This document shows positions 12,601 through 27,600 of a DNA stretch of 64,000 nt, piece by piece. Where the stretch lies: NCBI GenBank assembly GCA_050575255.1, contig JBNZDD010013714.1, positions 2,545,044 through 2,609,043 on the forward strand. Reading direction: 5' to 3'. A model generated the notes under the pieces. That model saw only the letters and a list, made by a program, of their open reading frames with translations, was not told where the DNA came from and made no database searches. Position 1 is the stretch's first letter. Each line of letters starts with the position of its first letter. This DNA comes from Harriotta raleighana. Lineage: Eukaryota. Both the position numbers and the translations under genes were made by a program.

Positions 12601-15600
12601 TCAGTTTGATAAGGCGCGATATTAAATTTGAGGATTATTATTATAATATCCTTTAAGATCCACAAAACGCAGTCGCTTTGGTGCGAGTCGCTTTGAGACG
12701 CCTTCTCGAAGTGAACAGCACTTGTAGCAACTGTAAGGATGATAGGAAGGTGAGATTCTGTCCTTTGCACAAACCTCCACATTGTGTCCTTCCCCAGACC
12801 CTGGGAGCTCTTCCAGATCAAGACTCGTTCTACGATGTTACCGACTGCCTCGAGAAACTGGAGATGGAAACCCTCATCCAAAGGCACATGAAAAACAAAG
12901 CAATCGACCCAGACCTGAAGCAGCAGTTCACTATTTACGAGGTCAGTTTATTTGCTCCACTTTATTCCGGGGTTAGTTTCATTCCAAATGACAATCCCCC
13001 AACTCTGTGTCAGTGCACTGGGGCAGTGGAAGCGCTCTCGCCTCTGAGTCAGGAGGCCGTGGGTTCAAGTCCCCATATTGGGACACGGAATGATATTGTC
13101 TGAGATGGAGCTCCAATGCAGCATTGAGGGAGATTAGGGGTGGTGGAAGTTTGCTTTGTTGAGGTGGCATCTCTTTGGACAAGATATTAAACTGAGGTCC
13201 CATCTGCCTATCCAGGCGTGTGCAATTAGTATTATGGTCACATTTGCTTTCTCACTTGAACATACATATCTGTACATTTAAAAAATATTAATTGAGGATC
13301 AAAAATGCAGGGATTTATATATTATATAACACTTGCATTTGTCTCCCTTTCCCCCTAACCCAACCCTCATCCCGCTGCTCGGGTCCTGACCTGATTGTTC
13401 AGCGCCTTGGGACGTCCTCCCGACGTGAAAGGCACTCTATAAATGTAATTTGGTTGTTGTTGTAATACCTTGTAATATCATTCCGTGTCCTTGGGAGGAC
13501 GTCTGAAAGTGCTTCATGTGATTCACTGCTCTGCATGGGAGCAGCTATATAAATAAACGCAATTTGTTGTTGTAAAGTGTGGTCAGCGACTGTATTTGGA
13601 GGGAAACGCAGTAGCAACTGGTGCCATCTGTGCACAGTAATGTCCAGGAGACAGCTGTGAGGATGGACATTTGCCCAGGACAGTGGGAGAAATACCATTT
13701 CTCTCTTTTATTAAATGCCGCGAGATCTTCTCAGATCAAAAGCTGCGTAAAGGCACAAACAGTATCTAGATGGGCGCTCTGACACACAACATCAACCCAA
13801 GTCATCCCTGTAGCGAGTAAGATGCTGGAGTTAATATAATCAGAAATATTTTATGTTCTCTTCAGGCGCAAGTGAAGTTTGAATATGGCATGAACCTTTT
13901 TATTGCCCTTTTCCCCACTCCCGCCCTCCCAAAAAAGATCAAATAGAGATCTGAATTAATCAAGCTAAAACCTAGACATGTAATGTTTATTGTCTTCCGG
14001 GGAGGGGGTGTCTGCAGTTAAGCTTTGAGAACACATGGTAAAAGTTTTAGGAGAGTCGATCTTGATCTGAGTGGCACACTCCCCCGTTCATAGCTTTTAT
14101 TACCGGTCAACCTGGTTACTAATCTGTTTTACACACTGTTCCATTGATTCTTGTGCATTAGGCGTACAATCTATTGTGAATGCTGGAGGACCCAGAGTTG
14201 GGAGCTCAGATTCTAAGCAAACCCTTCATTGAACTGCTGGGGTTCGGGGGCAGGGTGTGTGGTGGGTGGAGAGCGTTCCATTGCTAGGGATGCAATCCTT
14301 CGGATGAGGCTTTAAACCAAGGTCGCTTCTGCCTGTTCAGGATGACATTAATGATCCCGTGATTTGAGAAGAGAACAGCGTCCTGCCCAACAATCCCAAA
14401 TAATATTGGTAACTTGCTCTATGGCTGTTTGTGGGACTTTGCTGTGTGCAGATTGGATGCCATTTTAATCTAGATACAAAAACACATCACAGTTTTGCAC
14501 TCAATGCCTGGAAAGTGCTTTGAGATATCTATATGTTACGGGCACTGTTTTAAAGGCAAATCTTATTTATTATTTAGGGAACCTTGAGGTAGTCAACTTC
14601 TCAGCACGTCTGCTCTCCCAGAGCAAGTGGGAACTTTGCCTCTTGCTAGTGTTCCTCTGAGCCAGAGTGAGCTAGGGGCCTGAGGCTGATTGATGCAGCT
14701 CCCCCCATGCTCACACCCCCCACCCCCCACCATGCTCCCCCAACAATACCAACACAGTGGAGATGAAGAATGGAACCAGGGGATTGCAGCTGAGACCCCC
14801 AACGGTCGCCCTCCCCCTCACTCCCCACATACACACACCTCCCCCACACACACTTGTGTTGAGGTTGAGGTATCAATCTGTTTATTTTTCTTTGAGGAGT
14901 GAAATGTTAGTTAAGTGCTTCTTGTTTATGGTTTAGGTGTTTTAAGAAAAAAAACATAAACAAAAAGCTAGTTAAGTTAATAGGTTTTAAGGCCCTGTCA
15001 GAGTCTTCCGGTCAGAACGATAGTTGAATTAACAAGTTGTTAAAGTGTGAAGAACTGGTAAAAAAAAGTTACATGGGACATTAGGGGTATAAAAAGGAGA
15101 GTAATGGAAATCTGGAATTCTCTCCCCAAAAAGGCTGTGGATCTGTATCCATTCAAGTTTTCAAGACGTAGATTTTTGTTAGGTCAGGGTATCAAGGGCT
15201 GTGAGGGAAAGGTGGGTAACTGGAATTGAGGTACAGATCAGCCATGATCTAATAAAATGGCGGGACAGGCTCCAGAGGTTAAATGGGCTCTCCTGATTCA
15301 ATGGACAAAAAACATATTAGAAAACTTTTGATCAAACTGTTTGTTTAGTCCTGTAGCTCAGTGGTTAGAGTATTCGCCTTACAAGCATGAGACCTATGTT
15401 CAAATCCAAGCAGGTCGGGGCGAAACCTTGGGCAACTTTTCTTACTCCACACTCTGCCTAATAATAATCCCTCCAAAAAAAACACATTAATAAAATTGGT
15501 TATTTCAATCAACGACTGTTTGTGGGACACTGCTGTGCGCAATTGTCTGCCGTGTTTCAGTCAATATACAGTCAATTCACTTTACAGTATATTCTGTGAA

Positions 15601-18600
15601 GAGCTTTGAGATGTCTGGAAGATGTGAAAAGTGCTATATCAAATTCAAGGATTATTATTATGAAAACAATGTGGAGGTTGGCAACTTTTACTGATGGTCT
15701 AATCCCGTGGGGAGCAAAGCCAAGTCCTAGACATTGCAACATGTTCAATGATGCAATTTCAGTCCAAGATTTTGTTCAGGAAGTGATTAACTTGTTTGTC
15801 GTTTTACAACCAATAAAGTCCATATTATTAAGGACTTTTCGACCTTACTCAACACATCCCCCACTTGGGCCCTTATTCTTGCCTATCATCATTTAAAGAC
15901 CAGTCAATGTGATTGCTTGACTGGAAATATTATGTTGGGGCGAATCTGACACGTTACTGTTAGAATTACTGTCACTGGAAGTATGAAATATGTGGGAGTT
16001 GTGCAGAAACTTGAGTGTTTTTAGCACAGAAGGAATTGCGTGCGTGTCTATTCTGCTGCTTTTTTTATAAATGTACAAAAACCACAGCAAAGAATCCCAG
16101 TTTACAAAAATCTGCCAAATTAAAAGGTATTATGATAATTCCTGCCTTCAGAGAAGACTACGCCGCAAATAGAGCGATAAAATCTTTGGTGTCATTGATT
16201 CATTTGGCTGGAAGATGGCTGCGTTTGTCTGGATTCACATCTTGGAATTTGATGCACGTTTCAATCTGGCCATCTATCCACATCATCTGCACATGCTTCT
16301 CTCCCTGCGTCCCAGCCAACAATCACATAAATCACACTGGTTATTCACTTTGTGGCTGTTTATGGGACGTTGCTGTGTGCAAATTAGCTGGCGCTTTCTC
16401 CACAAGGTCATTGCGCTTTACAGTGTATCTTAGCATAGCGTCAGCATGCTAGCCTCGCAAGCGAGAGGACCTGGGTTTGATTGCCTGGTGTGGCGACACC
16501 TTAGGCAAGTTTCCTGAACTCCACATGTCTCAGGTTACCCAGCAGTAAGTAGTACACCCGGTTGTTAGTTGATTGGCAGATCATTTTCCTGGGCTAATAA
16601 TCCCTCCCCCAAAAAGAATTGTCCCTGTTTGCAGCGCACTTGCTGTGTACAGTTGGCTGCAACGTTTCGCCCACAAAATACAGGGAATCGACTTTTATGT
16701 TATATTCTGTGAAGTGGTTTGAGACTTCTCAGCGATCAGGTGCTATATCAAGTACGAGGATTACAATAATAATAATCCTTGCATTTGACACAGCACTCTT
16801 CACGTCTTCTAGATATCTCAAAGCGCTTCACAGAATATATTATCATTACCGGAGCGATCGTGACCTATTACAGAATGAGCTTCACTCTCTGAAGAAAACT
16901 CTGAAGAGAGACCAGGAATTCTGCATTAAATCACTTGCATCGGAAGGAGGCGGAGGGTTAAGTTTCCCGGTGTGTTCAGTGTTGGTTCACCTCTGTTCAT
17001 AGCTCACAGCCAGAACGTTAATCTATCTTTTTGTATCACGTGCTGCCTGGTCTGTCGTGCATTCCCAGCATTTTCTGGGTTTATTTTAAGATTTCCAGCA
17101 CTGCCAGATTTTCCTTTTATCCTCAAAAGAATCAATGGCATGTTTAAATGTGGGGAAAGTGAAGCTTTAGATTTGTAGAAACCGTTGCCAATTCATATGG
17201 TTTCTTCTCCATTTTATTTACAGATTGAGTGAGGTTCACTGTACCTTGTGCCAGCTTGGCTCAGTCGGTAACACTCTCGTCTCCAATTCAAAAGGGTATT
17301 GGTTCAAACCCTACATTCAGGACTTTGAATTCATGTAAAGTGAATGGAGTATCATGTATCGGCTGTTGCTCCAATATAACACTGGGTGTGGGTTTGTCTG
17401 TGTTTTAGGAGCTGATGTCCTTCGGATAAGATGTTAAACTGAGGTCCCACCTGCCTGTTCAGGTTGACTGTAAAGATCCTGTGGCAATGCTGAAGAGAAG
17501 GGAATTTCTCTCCCAGTCAATCAATCAATCAATCAATCAAAATTACATTTATATAGCACCTTTCATGTCGCTGTACAGTCAAGTAGGGATCAGAGCAGGG
17601 GGGAGAAGAGTCGGGCGAAGGAAAGTAGGAAAACTTGATTGTAGATATGTGGGCAAAAACGCGGCAGCCAAATTGTGCACAGCAGTGTCCCACAAACAAT
17701 CAGGGAAGTGGGGTTAGGGGAGAAAGGAGGGAAAGACAGCAAGGGGAGGGGTCGGGGTAGGGGAAAGGAGAACAGGAAAAACCAACTATATATTTGTATA
17801 TTTGTGGGTGAAACGCGGCAGCCAAATTGCGCACAGCAGTGTCCCACAAACAGTTGCAGAAGTGGGACTGGGGAAGAAAGGAGGAAAAGAGAGTAAGGGG
17901 GGAGACGGAGGGAAAGGCGGGGTGGGGTAAAATCAGGGAGGATCTGGCCACTCACCCAAGCTGATTGTGTGACACTGTTGTGGGCAAATTTACTGTCTTT
18001 ATTCTGACTTATTATTCCTCACTGTTTCTCTCAGTCCTGTGTTGCTTTTGCTCTCATTGCTCTTTGCCATATATTATAATCATCATAATAATAATCCTTG
18101 CATTTGATACAGCGCTTTATCGCGTCAACAATCAACTCAAGGAGCTTCTCACAATTTTTACTGTCAGTGTAATTTTATTGCCAAACTCGGCAGCCATTTT
18201 GTACATACCAATGAGCCACAAGTGACCAATTTTATCTGTGAGATTGATAGCCATATATAAACACTATTACAACACCAGCAGAAATCCACTCATACTTATA
18301 AAGTGGATGTTGTGATTTGGTTTTGCGTTCATCCTTATATGGCATAAGTTTATGGCATTAAAGTTATTTGGGGGATTTCTGTGGAATGATGTGCAGAACA
18401 CTAAATGAATACCGTTGCTGAAAGTATCAGATCGGACTCACTCACTGTATCTCAAAACACATACGCTTTGCCAACAAAGCTGTTGGGGGAGCTGGAACCA
18501 ATATACTGTAATAATAATGCATTTGACAGAGCGCCTTATCATGTCGTTGAGACGTCTGAAAGCGCCTCACAGAATATACTGTAATGCGAATTGACTGTAT

Positions 18601-21600
18601 TTTGTGGGCGAAATACAAAATATCCGGTATTGAATGACCAATTTGTACCTTTTGTACTCCAAACACTCTTTTTCTGTCGTGACAACATTTTTGTAGAACC
18701 TCACAGCACAGAATTAGGCGCTTTGGCCCAACAACAACATTTGCATTTACATAACGCCCCTCACACAGGATGGTATTGCAGAGTGTTTGATGCCCAACTG
18801 GTCCATCCAGGTGTTTGTACTTCACATGAGCCCAGAGAATCCTCTCCAAAGGAAAATCCAGACAGCTCAAGGGTTTTGTGTTTCTCCCTCATTCTGTTAA
18901 TAGTAAAATAATAATCCCAGATTTTGATATAGCAGTTTTCACATCTTCTAGACATTCGCAGAGCTTCACAGAATGTTTTGTAGAGTGAATTGACTGTATA
19001 TTTTATGGGCAATACGTGGCAACCAATTGCTCAGAGCAGTGTCCCACAAACTGTCGTGGATTGAAATGAACAATTTATTGTTGCTTTTTTTTGGAGGGAT
19101 TATTATCAGGCGTGTGGAGTAAGGAAACTTGCCCAAGGTTTCGCCTTGACTAGAATCAAACCCAGGTCTTCCACTTGCAAGGCAAGTGCTCTAACCACTA
19201 AGCCATAGGACTGTTGTTCTTGTTCCCCTCATTCAGGGCATGTAGCGGAGAGACTCATCTCTTGACATCTTTTGGCCCTGGATGTGAGAAGGTTTACGTG
19301 ACTCAAAAGGCTTTGATTTAATCCCAATGAGATGTGAATCCCAGATGTTCTTCAGATGTTCTAATTGTGATCTTTTCTTGATTCAGAACGCACTGAGGCA
19401 CGAAGATGGCGACGATGACGGACAGACGTCAACCCCGCGCAGAGACAGAAGGAAACTGGCGCCAGGCATGGACGAAGGAAGGAAACACAGGCGCTCATCA
19501 AGTCATAACACGGCTGAGGCTCTGGACGCAATGAGAGCCACCAGCCCAGGACCTCGCCTCAGGCCAGCTCCAGAAAAAACCATTCTGAGCATCGCCAAGG
19601 ATCCCAAAGTGAATTCTCCGCAAACAGCGGAGCCCCCCTCCCAAGATCGCCCTGAAACAAGATCAGCCATGCCTATAATCCTGATCAATTCCTCCGAGAT
19701 GCCAACTGCAAACGCAATGGAAACCAAGTCATATTCAAAGCAGTAAGTTTCTATATGCTACGCACTCCTGCACGATTGGCTGAATAAACCGTTTGACTCT
19801 TCGGAACACCTAATAATTTTTTTAAAATATGCTTTTGTGTGGCGTGGAGTTCATTCTGTTGCTTGCCTTTCAATGCAACAAGATCTGATGTTGGAAAATG
19901 CATGCATGCGCCACGACCTCTGTTTTGCAATTGAACATGTGCCTAAACGTAACTGGCTTGTTGGGATGCAACGATGATGGAATCCACTTGTTGAGTGGCT
20001 TGTACACCCTCAGAGACAGTTTCCTTCTGTCTTTGTGCACAGTTGACATCTGTTTGTCACCCCATGCTGGCTGTCACTTTAGGATTGAGCAGAACAAAAT
20101 CACAGTTCTTATAATAATAATCCTTGCATTTGATATAGCGCTTTTCACGTCTTCTAGACGTCTCAAAGCGCTTCACAGAATGTACTGTAAAGTGGATTGA
20201 CTGCATATTTCTGGGTGAAATGCGGTGGCCAATTGTGCACAGCGGTGTCCCACAAACAGTCAGGGATTGAAATGACCAATACAGTATTATTATTTTGGAG
20301 AGATTATTATTGGACTTGTGGAGTAAGGAAACGTACCGAAGGTTTCGCCCTGACCTGCCTGGATTTGAACACAGGTCTCATGCTTGTAAGGCGAGTGCTC
20401 TAACCTCCTTGTTCACCAGTCTCAAAAAGTTAGTTTGCAGGTGCAGCAAGCAACTAAGAAGGCGAACGGCATGCTAGCGTTCATTTCAAAAGGTTTAGAG
20501 TAGAAGAGTGGGGAAGTCTTGATGCAACTGTATAGGGCTTTGGTGAGACTGCACCTGGAGTATTGTGCACAGTTTCGGTCTCCTTATTTAAAAAAGGAGA
20601 TACTTGCCTTAGGGGTACAGCGTAGATTCACTAGGTTAGTTCCTGGGATGAGGAGACTGACCTATGAGGATAGGTTGAATAAACTTGGGCTGTATTCTCT
20701 AGAGTACAGAAGAATTAGGGGGGATCTTATTGAAACATTTAAGATTCTTAAAGGACTGGATAAAGTAGACACTGAGGAACTGTTTCCCCTGGTAGGAGAA
20801 TCTATAATCGGGGGTCACAGTCTTAAAATTAAGGGTCAGCCTTTTAGAACAGAGTTGAGGAAACATTTCTTCACTCAGAGGGTAGTGAATTGATAGAAGC
20901 TGTAGATGCTCAGTCCTTGAACATTTTCAAGGCTGAGACTGATAGATTTTTTTAAAAAATAGAGGGATTAGGGAATATGGGGATAGGGCAGGTAATTAGA
21001 GTTAAATCAGAAGATCAGCCATGATCTTATTGAATGGCGGGGCAGGCACGAAGGGCCGAATGTACTACTCCTGCTCTAATTCTAAAAAAAAGCAAATATA
21101 TAAAATCCAGGCAGGTCAGGGCGAACCTTGGGCAAGTTTCCTTACTCCACACGCCTAATAATGATACCTCCAAAAAACACACAATACAGTACTGTAATAA
21201 AATTGGTCATTTCAATCCTTGACTGTTTGTGGGATGCTGCTGTGGCTGCCGCGTTTCGCCCACAAATATACAGTCAATTCACTTTACGGTACATTCTGTG
21301 AAGCGCTTTGAGACACGTGAAAAAGAAGACGTGAAAAGCTCTATATCAAAATGCAGGGATTATTATTATTATGTCTGCTCTTAATTGCTCAGTTTCTCAG
21401 TCCGATTACAGGGTTGGTCAACGAGAGCTGTAGATTAAACCATAGAAATTAGTTTTTCTTCAAGTCTGATAACGCCTTCAAACTAGACTGATTCCAATCT
21501 CTGAGTGAGGGTAGAATGTTCTACACTTTCCTCTATTCCTTTATATCTCCTTTACCACCTTTGCTGTAGCAAAAAGTCTCAACCTTTTAAATTGCTACGT

Positions 21601-24600
21601 AACTGCACTCTTACACTCCCCATTTTCATGCCATTGAATCAATCTCTGGTGTAATGATCGACGATTGGTTCTGTCCAGAGATTCCCTGGTGTCAGGTGGG
21701 TTGGGATGTGTTTCATTTCCTTTCCATCCACCATCGCTGAAGTCCCGCTCGCCTATATCTTAGACGTTCAGTTCACCATAGTTGTATTATGGACACACCA
21801 GCTCTGTCTGTTTGTTTGTGGCATCAGTCCTGCCTTTGTGCTGCTGGAGAGCTATTTGTTTTAGGTTAGTTTTGTGTGCTGTTGTATCTCTGGTATTTAG
21901 AAAGCTGCAGAATTCTGAAAATGGCTGGCAATTCTGATCTGATGGATCCAGGAAAGGAGTGAGCGATAGCCTCAAAACACAAGCTGTCCGTTGAGCCCTG
22001 TGTTTATTAATAATAATAACCTTGGTTCGAAATAACCACTTTCGTTTCACTGAGTTCTTCAAGTGGATTACTGCTTTGGTCGCCACTTGTAAAAACAAAT
22101 ATCACCAAACACTCGAGACGCAGGAGGTGATGAGTAATGGTTGAAGAATTAGAATAGATAAATACAAGAAGACTGATGACGATGTCGGGATGAGACATGG
22201 TGAATGGCATGCGATCGCATTTGTAGTTAAACAACAACTTGTGGAGCCCTGTAGCTCGGTGGTTAGAGCACTCGCCTTATAGTCGGGAGACCTGGGTTCG
22301 ATTCCAGGCGGGGCAAGTTTCCTTCCTCATAATAATCCTTTGAAAAAACAAACAATAATAAATTGGTCATTTTCAATCCACGACTGTTTGTGGGCTACAG
22401 CTGTGTGCAATTAGCTGCCGCTTTTCGCCCAGAAATATACAGTCAATTCACTTTACAGTATATTCTGTGAAGCGCTTTAGGACATTTAGAAGATGTGAAA
22501 AGCACTGTTTTAAATGGAAGGATTATTATTATTATTAACTTGCATTTATATCGCGCCCTTAAAACTGGGTAGCATCCCAGTGCACTTAACAGTGGTGGAG
22601 TCTGGCCCCGAGCCAACGGGAGAGGAGGGTGAGGTGACCGTAAGCACGATCAAATAGGAAAGTCTTTAGGTGGGGTTTGAATTAACAATAATTAACAACA
22701 ATAATCCTTGCATTTGATATAGCGCTATCTCACCAATAATGATCAGTGTTTCACAGGTGATTCCTGTCAAGTTGCTGGGTATTTTGTAGACAAACACAGC
22801 AGCCAATTTGGGACACAGACCACTGCAAACAGTGGAGGTAAACAATCTGTTGATCAGGACGATAATTTGCCAGGACACCAGGAGAATCACCGTTTTCTTT
22901 GCTGATAGTGTTCAGAATCTGACCAGTTATTGCATACAATTCAGTCGAGGTTTTCGACTCTCTCCTAGCATAAGAACATACACATTAGTGTATCACTTTG
23001 ATATTGTCACGTTTGCACTGTCCTCTCAGCCTTAATCTATCTGACATCTTCATGCAACCCGCTGTACAGGGTCCCAGGGGAGTATAATTCTGTAGTAAAT
23101 GTTGAGCAGCAAGTCAGTAAACAGGAAAAAGGAAACGTCTCAAGCCACTTTAAGGAGCTGAACAGACGTCACTGTCAATACCAATGAGAGATTGTGTCTC
23201 CTCCTCACAGTCCAATTAGGTCTAATAAATACACATATACAAGAACAACTTATATTGCGCCCCCCACACAGGGAAGAGTCTCGGAGAGTTTAACTGGTCA
23301 GAATGCTCACTTTGCGAGCGAGAAGGCTCAGGTTCAATTCCCGGCCAGGGCAAAACCTTATACAAGTTTCCTTACTCCATACGCCGCTGGTTACCCAGCA
23401 GTAAGTAGGAAGCCGGTTAATAGTAGATTGGCAGATTACTTTCCAGGGGTCAAAATCCCTCAAAAAAATGATTTGGTCACTCAATCCACGTCTGTTTGTG
23501 GCACACTGCTTACTTATACTGTCAATCCACTTTACAGTACATTCCGTGAAGCGCTTTGATTATTATTCTCAACGATGTGATAAGGCCCAAAACCAAAGGT
23601 TAGGATTAGCTCATTGGTTAGAGCACTCGTCTTGCAAGCGAGAAACTTTAGTGTGATTCCAGGCAGGTCAGGGCGAAACCGTGGGCAAACTTCCTTACTC
23701 CATGCACCTAATAATAATCCCTCAAAAAACATCAATTCAATCCACAACTGTTTGTGGGACACTGCTGTGCCCAATTGGCTGCTGTATTCGCCCACAAAAA
23801 TGCAGTCAATTCACTTTACAATGTATTCTGTGAAGTGCTTTGAGACATCTAGAAGACGTGAAAAGCGCTATATCAAATGTAAGGATTATTACTATAATTA
23901 TTATTATTTATCAGAGTCTGTATTGAACTGGGTTGGTGGGCTACACGGTGCTAGTTTTCCTTCAGCCTCTTTCCCCGTAAAATACACGTGATTTCTCGCA
24001 GCCTGAGATTGTGGTTTAAACACAAGATGCTTGTCATGTGTATGAACTGGTGAAGAGGAGGAATGTTTGAGCTGTTTTCCGGTGTGCATACCGTACATAT
24101 TTTCTGTTGCAAACCTCCTGGAATAGATAAGAAAGGGGGGAAATCAAAGAATGCGATGGATCATGAAGGCAGGACACCTCGTTCAGTGTCTCTTGAAACC
24201 ACTTCTAGCATGTAGTCAACAGTCAACTATCACTCTGCCTGTGCCTCAGTTGTGATCGTTAATACCTCCATGAAGCATTATGTGAGCGCTTCACAGAATG
24301 TACTGCAAACTGAATTGACTGTACATTTGTGGGAGAAACGCAGCAGCCAATTGCGCACAGCAATGTCCCACAAACAGCCGTGGATTGAAATGACCAATTT
24401 TATTATTATGCTTTATTTTGGAGGGATTATTATTAGGCGTGTGGAGTAACAAAACTTGCCCACGGTTTCGCCCTGACCTCCACAAATTTGAACACAGGTC
24501 TCACCCTTGTAAGGCGAGTGCTCTAACACTCTGTAATACCTTCCAGAGTGCTGTGTAATGATGCTGGGTGGGACTGACTTGGATTAGCCATCTTTGTTTG

Positions 24601-27600
24601 GTCAGCTGAGAGTCTTAACACACACGGAAACCCATCACAGTGCTTAAGAGTATCCAACCCATCATGAGAATTCCATCTGAGTATGCCACCTACGTGTTTT
24701 CCATTACCCTGCGTCTCAAATGGAGTGGGCTCTCTTTCTCTCTCCCTCTCTCTCTCTCTTTCTCACCTGAATCCCGGAGAGGTGCAGGTGGCAAGAGCAG
24801 AGGCTTGAGGACCTCAGTGTGTGCGCCAACTGGGATTCTGGTGGAATTGAACCAGCCAAAACCACAATTGACAGCATAGTCTGGGAAGCTTCCTATTACT
24901 TGTTCAGCTAGGTCCGCCCTACAGCCTCGATCAGGGCTTTGCAGAGTTAACAGGAGCTGAGTTAACAGGAGCTGGGAAAAGTCTGTGCCCTCATTTGCCA
25001 ATGATCAAGGCTTGCCTCTTCCATCATGCAAGTTGGTGTTGGTATTTACTTATTTGGCTGAATTTTAAAGCATAAACATGATTGAAAATGACACTGTTTT
25101 AAAGGAGAGTTCAGCTGAACCCTATTATTGAATGAATGATTTGTATTACACAAGGCATGTGTTTGCCCTGTACAATAAATAGCAGGTTCACCAGAAGGTT
25201 AGCATAAAATACATAGTTTTCTGGCACTCTGAAGCATTGCTTTCACGTCCTCTGGGACAAGCATAAACTCCTGGCTCTAGTTGCGAAAGCTTTTTTCAGT
25301 AGTAAAGTGTTCTTGTCGGTACTGATTCATGGAAAGGATTTGCTAACATTTCCTCTTAGCTCAGAATGCGTTTGTATACGTACGTCTGGGAAAACAGGCA
25401 CCTAGTCATCAGGTTTAAGCGAGCAATTGTTATTTTCCGTCTCCCATTCATTCTGGCCTGTTTTGGTCCTGTGCACATCCATGTCGCTCAATGTGACTTT
25501 GTGAATCTGTAAACAATAGGTTCAGATATACCAAGGAAGGAGGTCAAAAGGTTCCGGATACAGAGTCACGACAATAACAATAATAATAGTAATAATAATC
25601 CTTCCATTTGAATGAGCACTTTTCATGTCTTCTAGACGTCTCAAAGTGCTTCACAGAGTATACAGTAAAATGAATTGACTGCAAAACACAGCAGTCAGTT
25701 GCACACAGCAGTGTCCCACAAACAGTCGTGGATTCTATGACCAGATTATTTTTTTTAAAAAAATATTTCTTGAGGAATTATTGTCAGACATGTGGAGACT
25801 TATCCAAGTTTTTGCCCTGCCCGGGAAGTGAACCCAGATCTCTTGCTGGCGAGACTATTTTAGGACAAATAGCAGGGATTATTGCTTGAACAGAGGATTG
25901 TAAACTACTGTACTGGGGTTACTAGGCACGGTTACTCTGCAGGACAGTTGAGGTCAGGGCTCTGGAATCATTTCAGATACAGCATTTCAACAGGTTGTAC
26001 GTTTCAACTCTTACGATGAGACACCTTCTGCTCTGCCTGGCAGCTTTACCTGTTGGTTCAGACGTTATGTGTTGAAGTGGGTGGGAAGCCAGGAATTAGT
26101 TGGCAAGTATTAAGCCTGATTTGTTGATTTGCAAAGGTACACACATCACTGAGCTGGCAGACATGTATTCATTCACTGATCCAATTTGACCAGATGTGTC
26201 CACAGGCTTTGTATTTTCTGGACAAAATGTTTTATTTATTACCAAAATGAAATGAGGACAAGCACGCATGCAGCTGTGGGTGGGAGGATGAGGGGGCATT
26301 GGATGGAGGCTGTAGACTGGGGAGCAGGGCTGGGGGGAGAGTATAGAATTCTCTATGGATTATATGTTCATGAGCCTAGTGTCTATGTTGCACTTGCTGT
26401 TCAGCACAGGAAACCATGAGAGAGCCAAGGTACACAGCCACACAGTGTCAAAGGAAACCTTGTCTAAAGAGTAATAATAATAATACTCCTTGCATTCCAT
26501 GTAGCGCTTTTCCCTCTTTCTAGAATGACTCAAAGCACTTCACATGGTATACTGTAAAGTGAATCGGCTGTATACTGTCTGGGCGAAACGCGGCAGCCTA
26601 ATGTAGATATGAAGGGAGCTGGGGGTAGGTTTCAAAGACATTGAAACCTACTCCCACCCTCCTCAAAACAGCCTCTGGTGTCAAATACCATTTCCTTCAT
26701 GAGAAACGTGCCTACCTGCTTTGCCAGGTATACCATCTGACCAGTTTACTGCCAACATGTCGAGCCACCAATACTTTGCGTTACTGTACAAAGATATATC
26801 TAAATGTACTCTATCGTGCTCAAAGTGCAGCTTTTTTTCTTGCATGGCTCCACAAGTGTGATCTCTGCCTGTCGTGCATTTTGTGTGAAGTATTTTGTGA
26901 TTGACGCGGCTTGTTTTAGTCCCCATTTCTATGGTGCATGGTGTGCTCGGCTCGGCTCGGCAGGATACTTAATGCAGATCTTCCCTCTCACACCTCTGGT
27001 CCTTTTTACTAGGGAGCCTTTGTACGTCAGCAATTATGTAGCCTCTTCTTTCACCTTCCCAGTGCGGCCGAGCCTTGCCAGGCAAGAATCGGACCAGAGT
27101 GCTCCAAGCCCCACCAGGTTCGTGTTACAATTCAGCTTATTGTCTGTCAGTCAGTGATTTTCGACAGTGATGAAGAACAGAGATTTATTCTCCTCACTCC
27201 TCGCCTGATGGAGGTGGATTCTGTGCAATCAGGAGAATTGACGGCATGCTTGTTACAGGTTCAGAGAATTTGGAGCCATTGGTCGATGTTTCCACCACTG
27301 TTAAGTAAGAGGGGATGAGAGACGGTTTGGGAGAGGAGTAGATGCCTGAGGTTGTACGGCATCAGCTAGAAACTGATTGAAAAAATAAATTGAACATTAA
27401 ATCATTGTTTTAGCCTTGATTCCGCTGTTTCAGTTCCTGGTGATTGGTCCTTTAATCCTGTTTAGAGCTGTTTTGTTCGGGAGGGATGGATTTGAGTAAA
27501 AATAGGCTGCTGCGTTTAGCCATAGAATACACAGTCGCTCCTCTTTGCATTAGTTCCTGTGAAGCATTTTCAGGCATTTACAGTAGTTTTTTAAAAAAAT

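Noticed and set aside
15347-15425. tRNA-Val(TAC)-like sequences at SINE heads
   Set aside because: They are SINE 5' heads continuous with SINE bodies and tails, not tRNA genes.
23070-23219. 150-nt phase 2->2 exon candidate ending ...VSPPHSPIR|gtctaa
   Set aside because: Contains an in-frame TGA and has a weak donor. Only the shorter 23070-23116 version is kept as a tentative partner exon.
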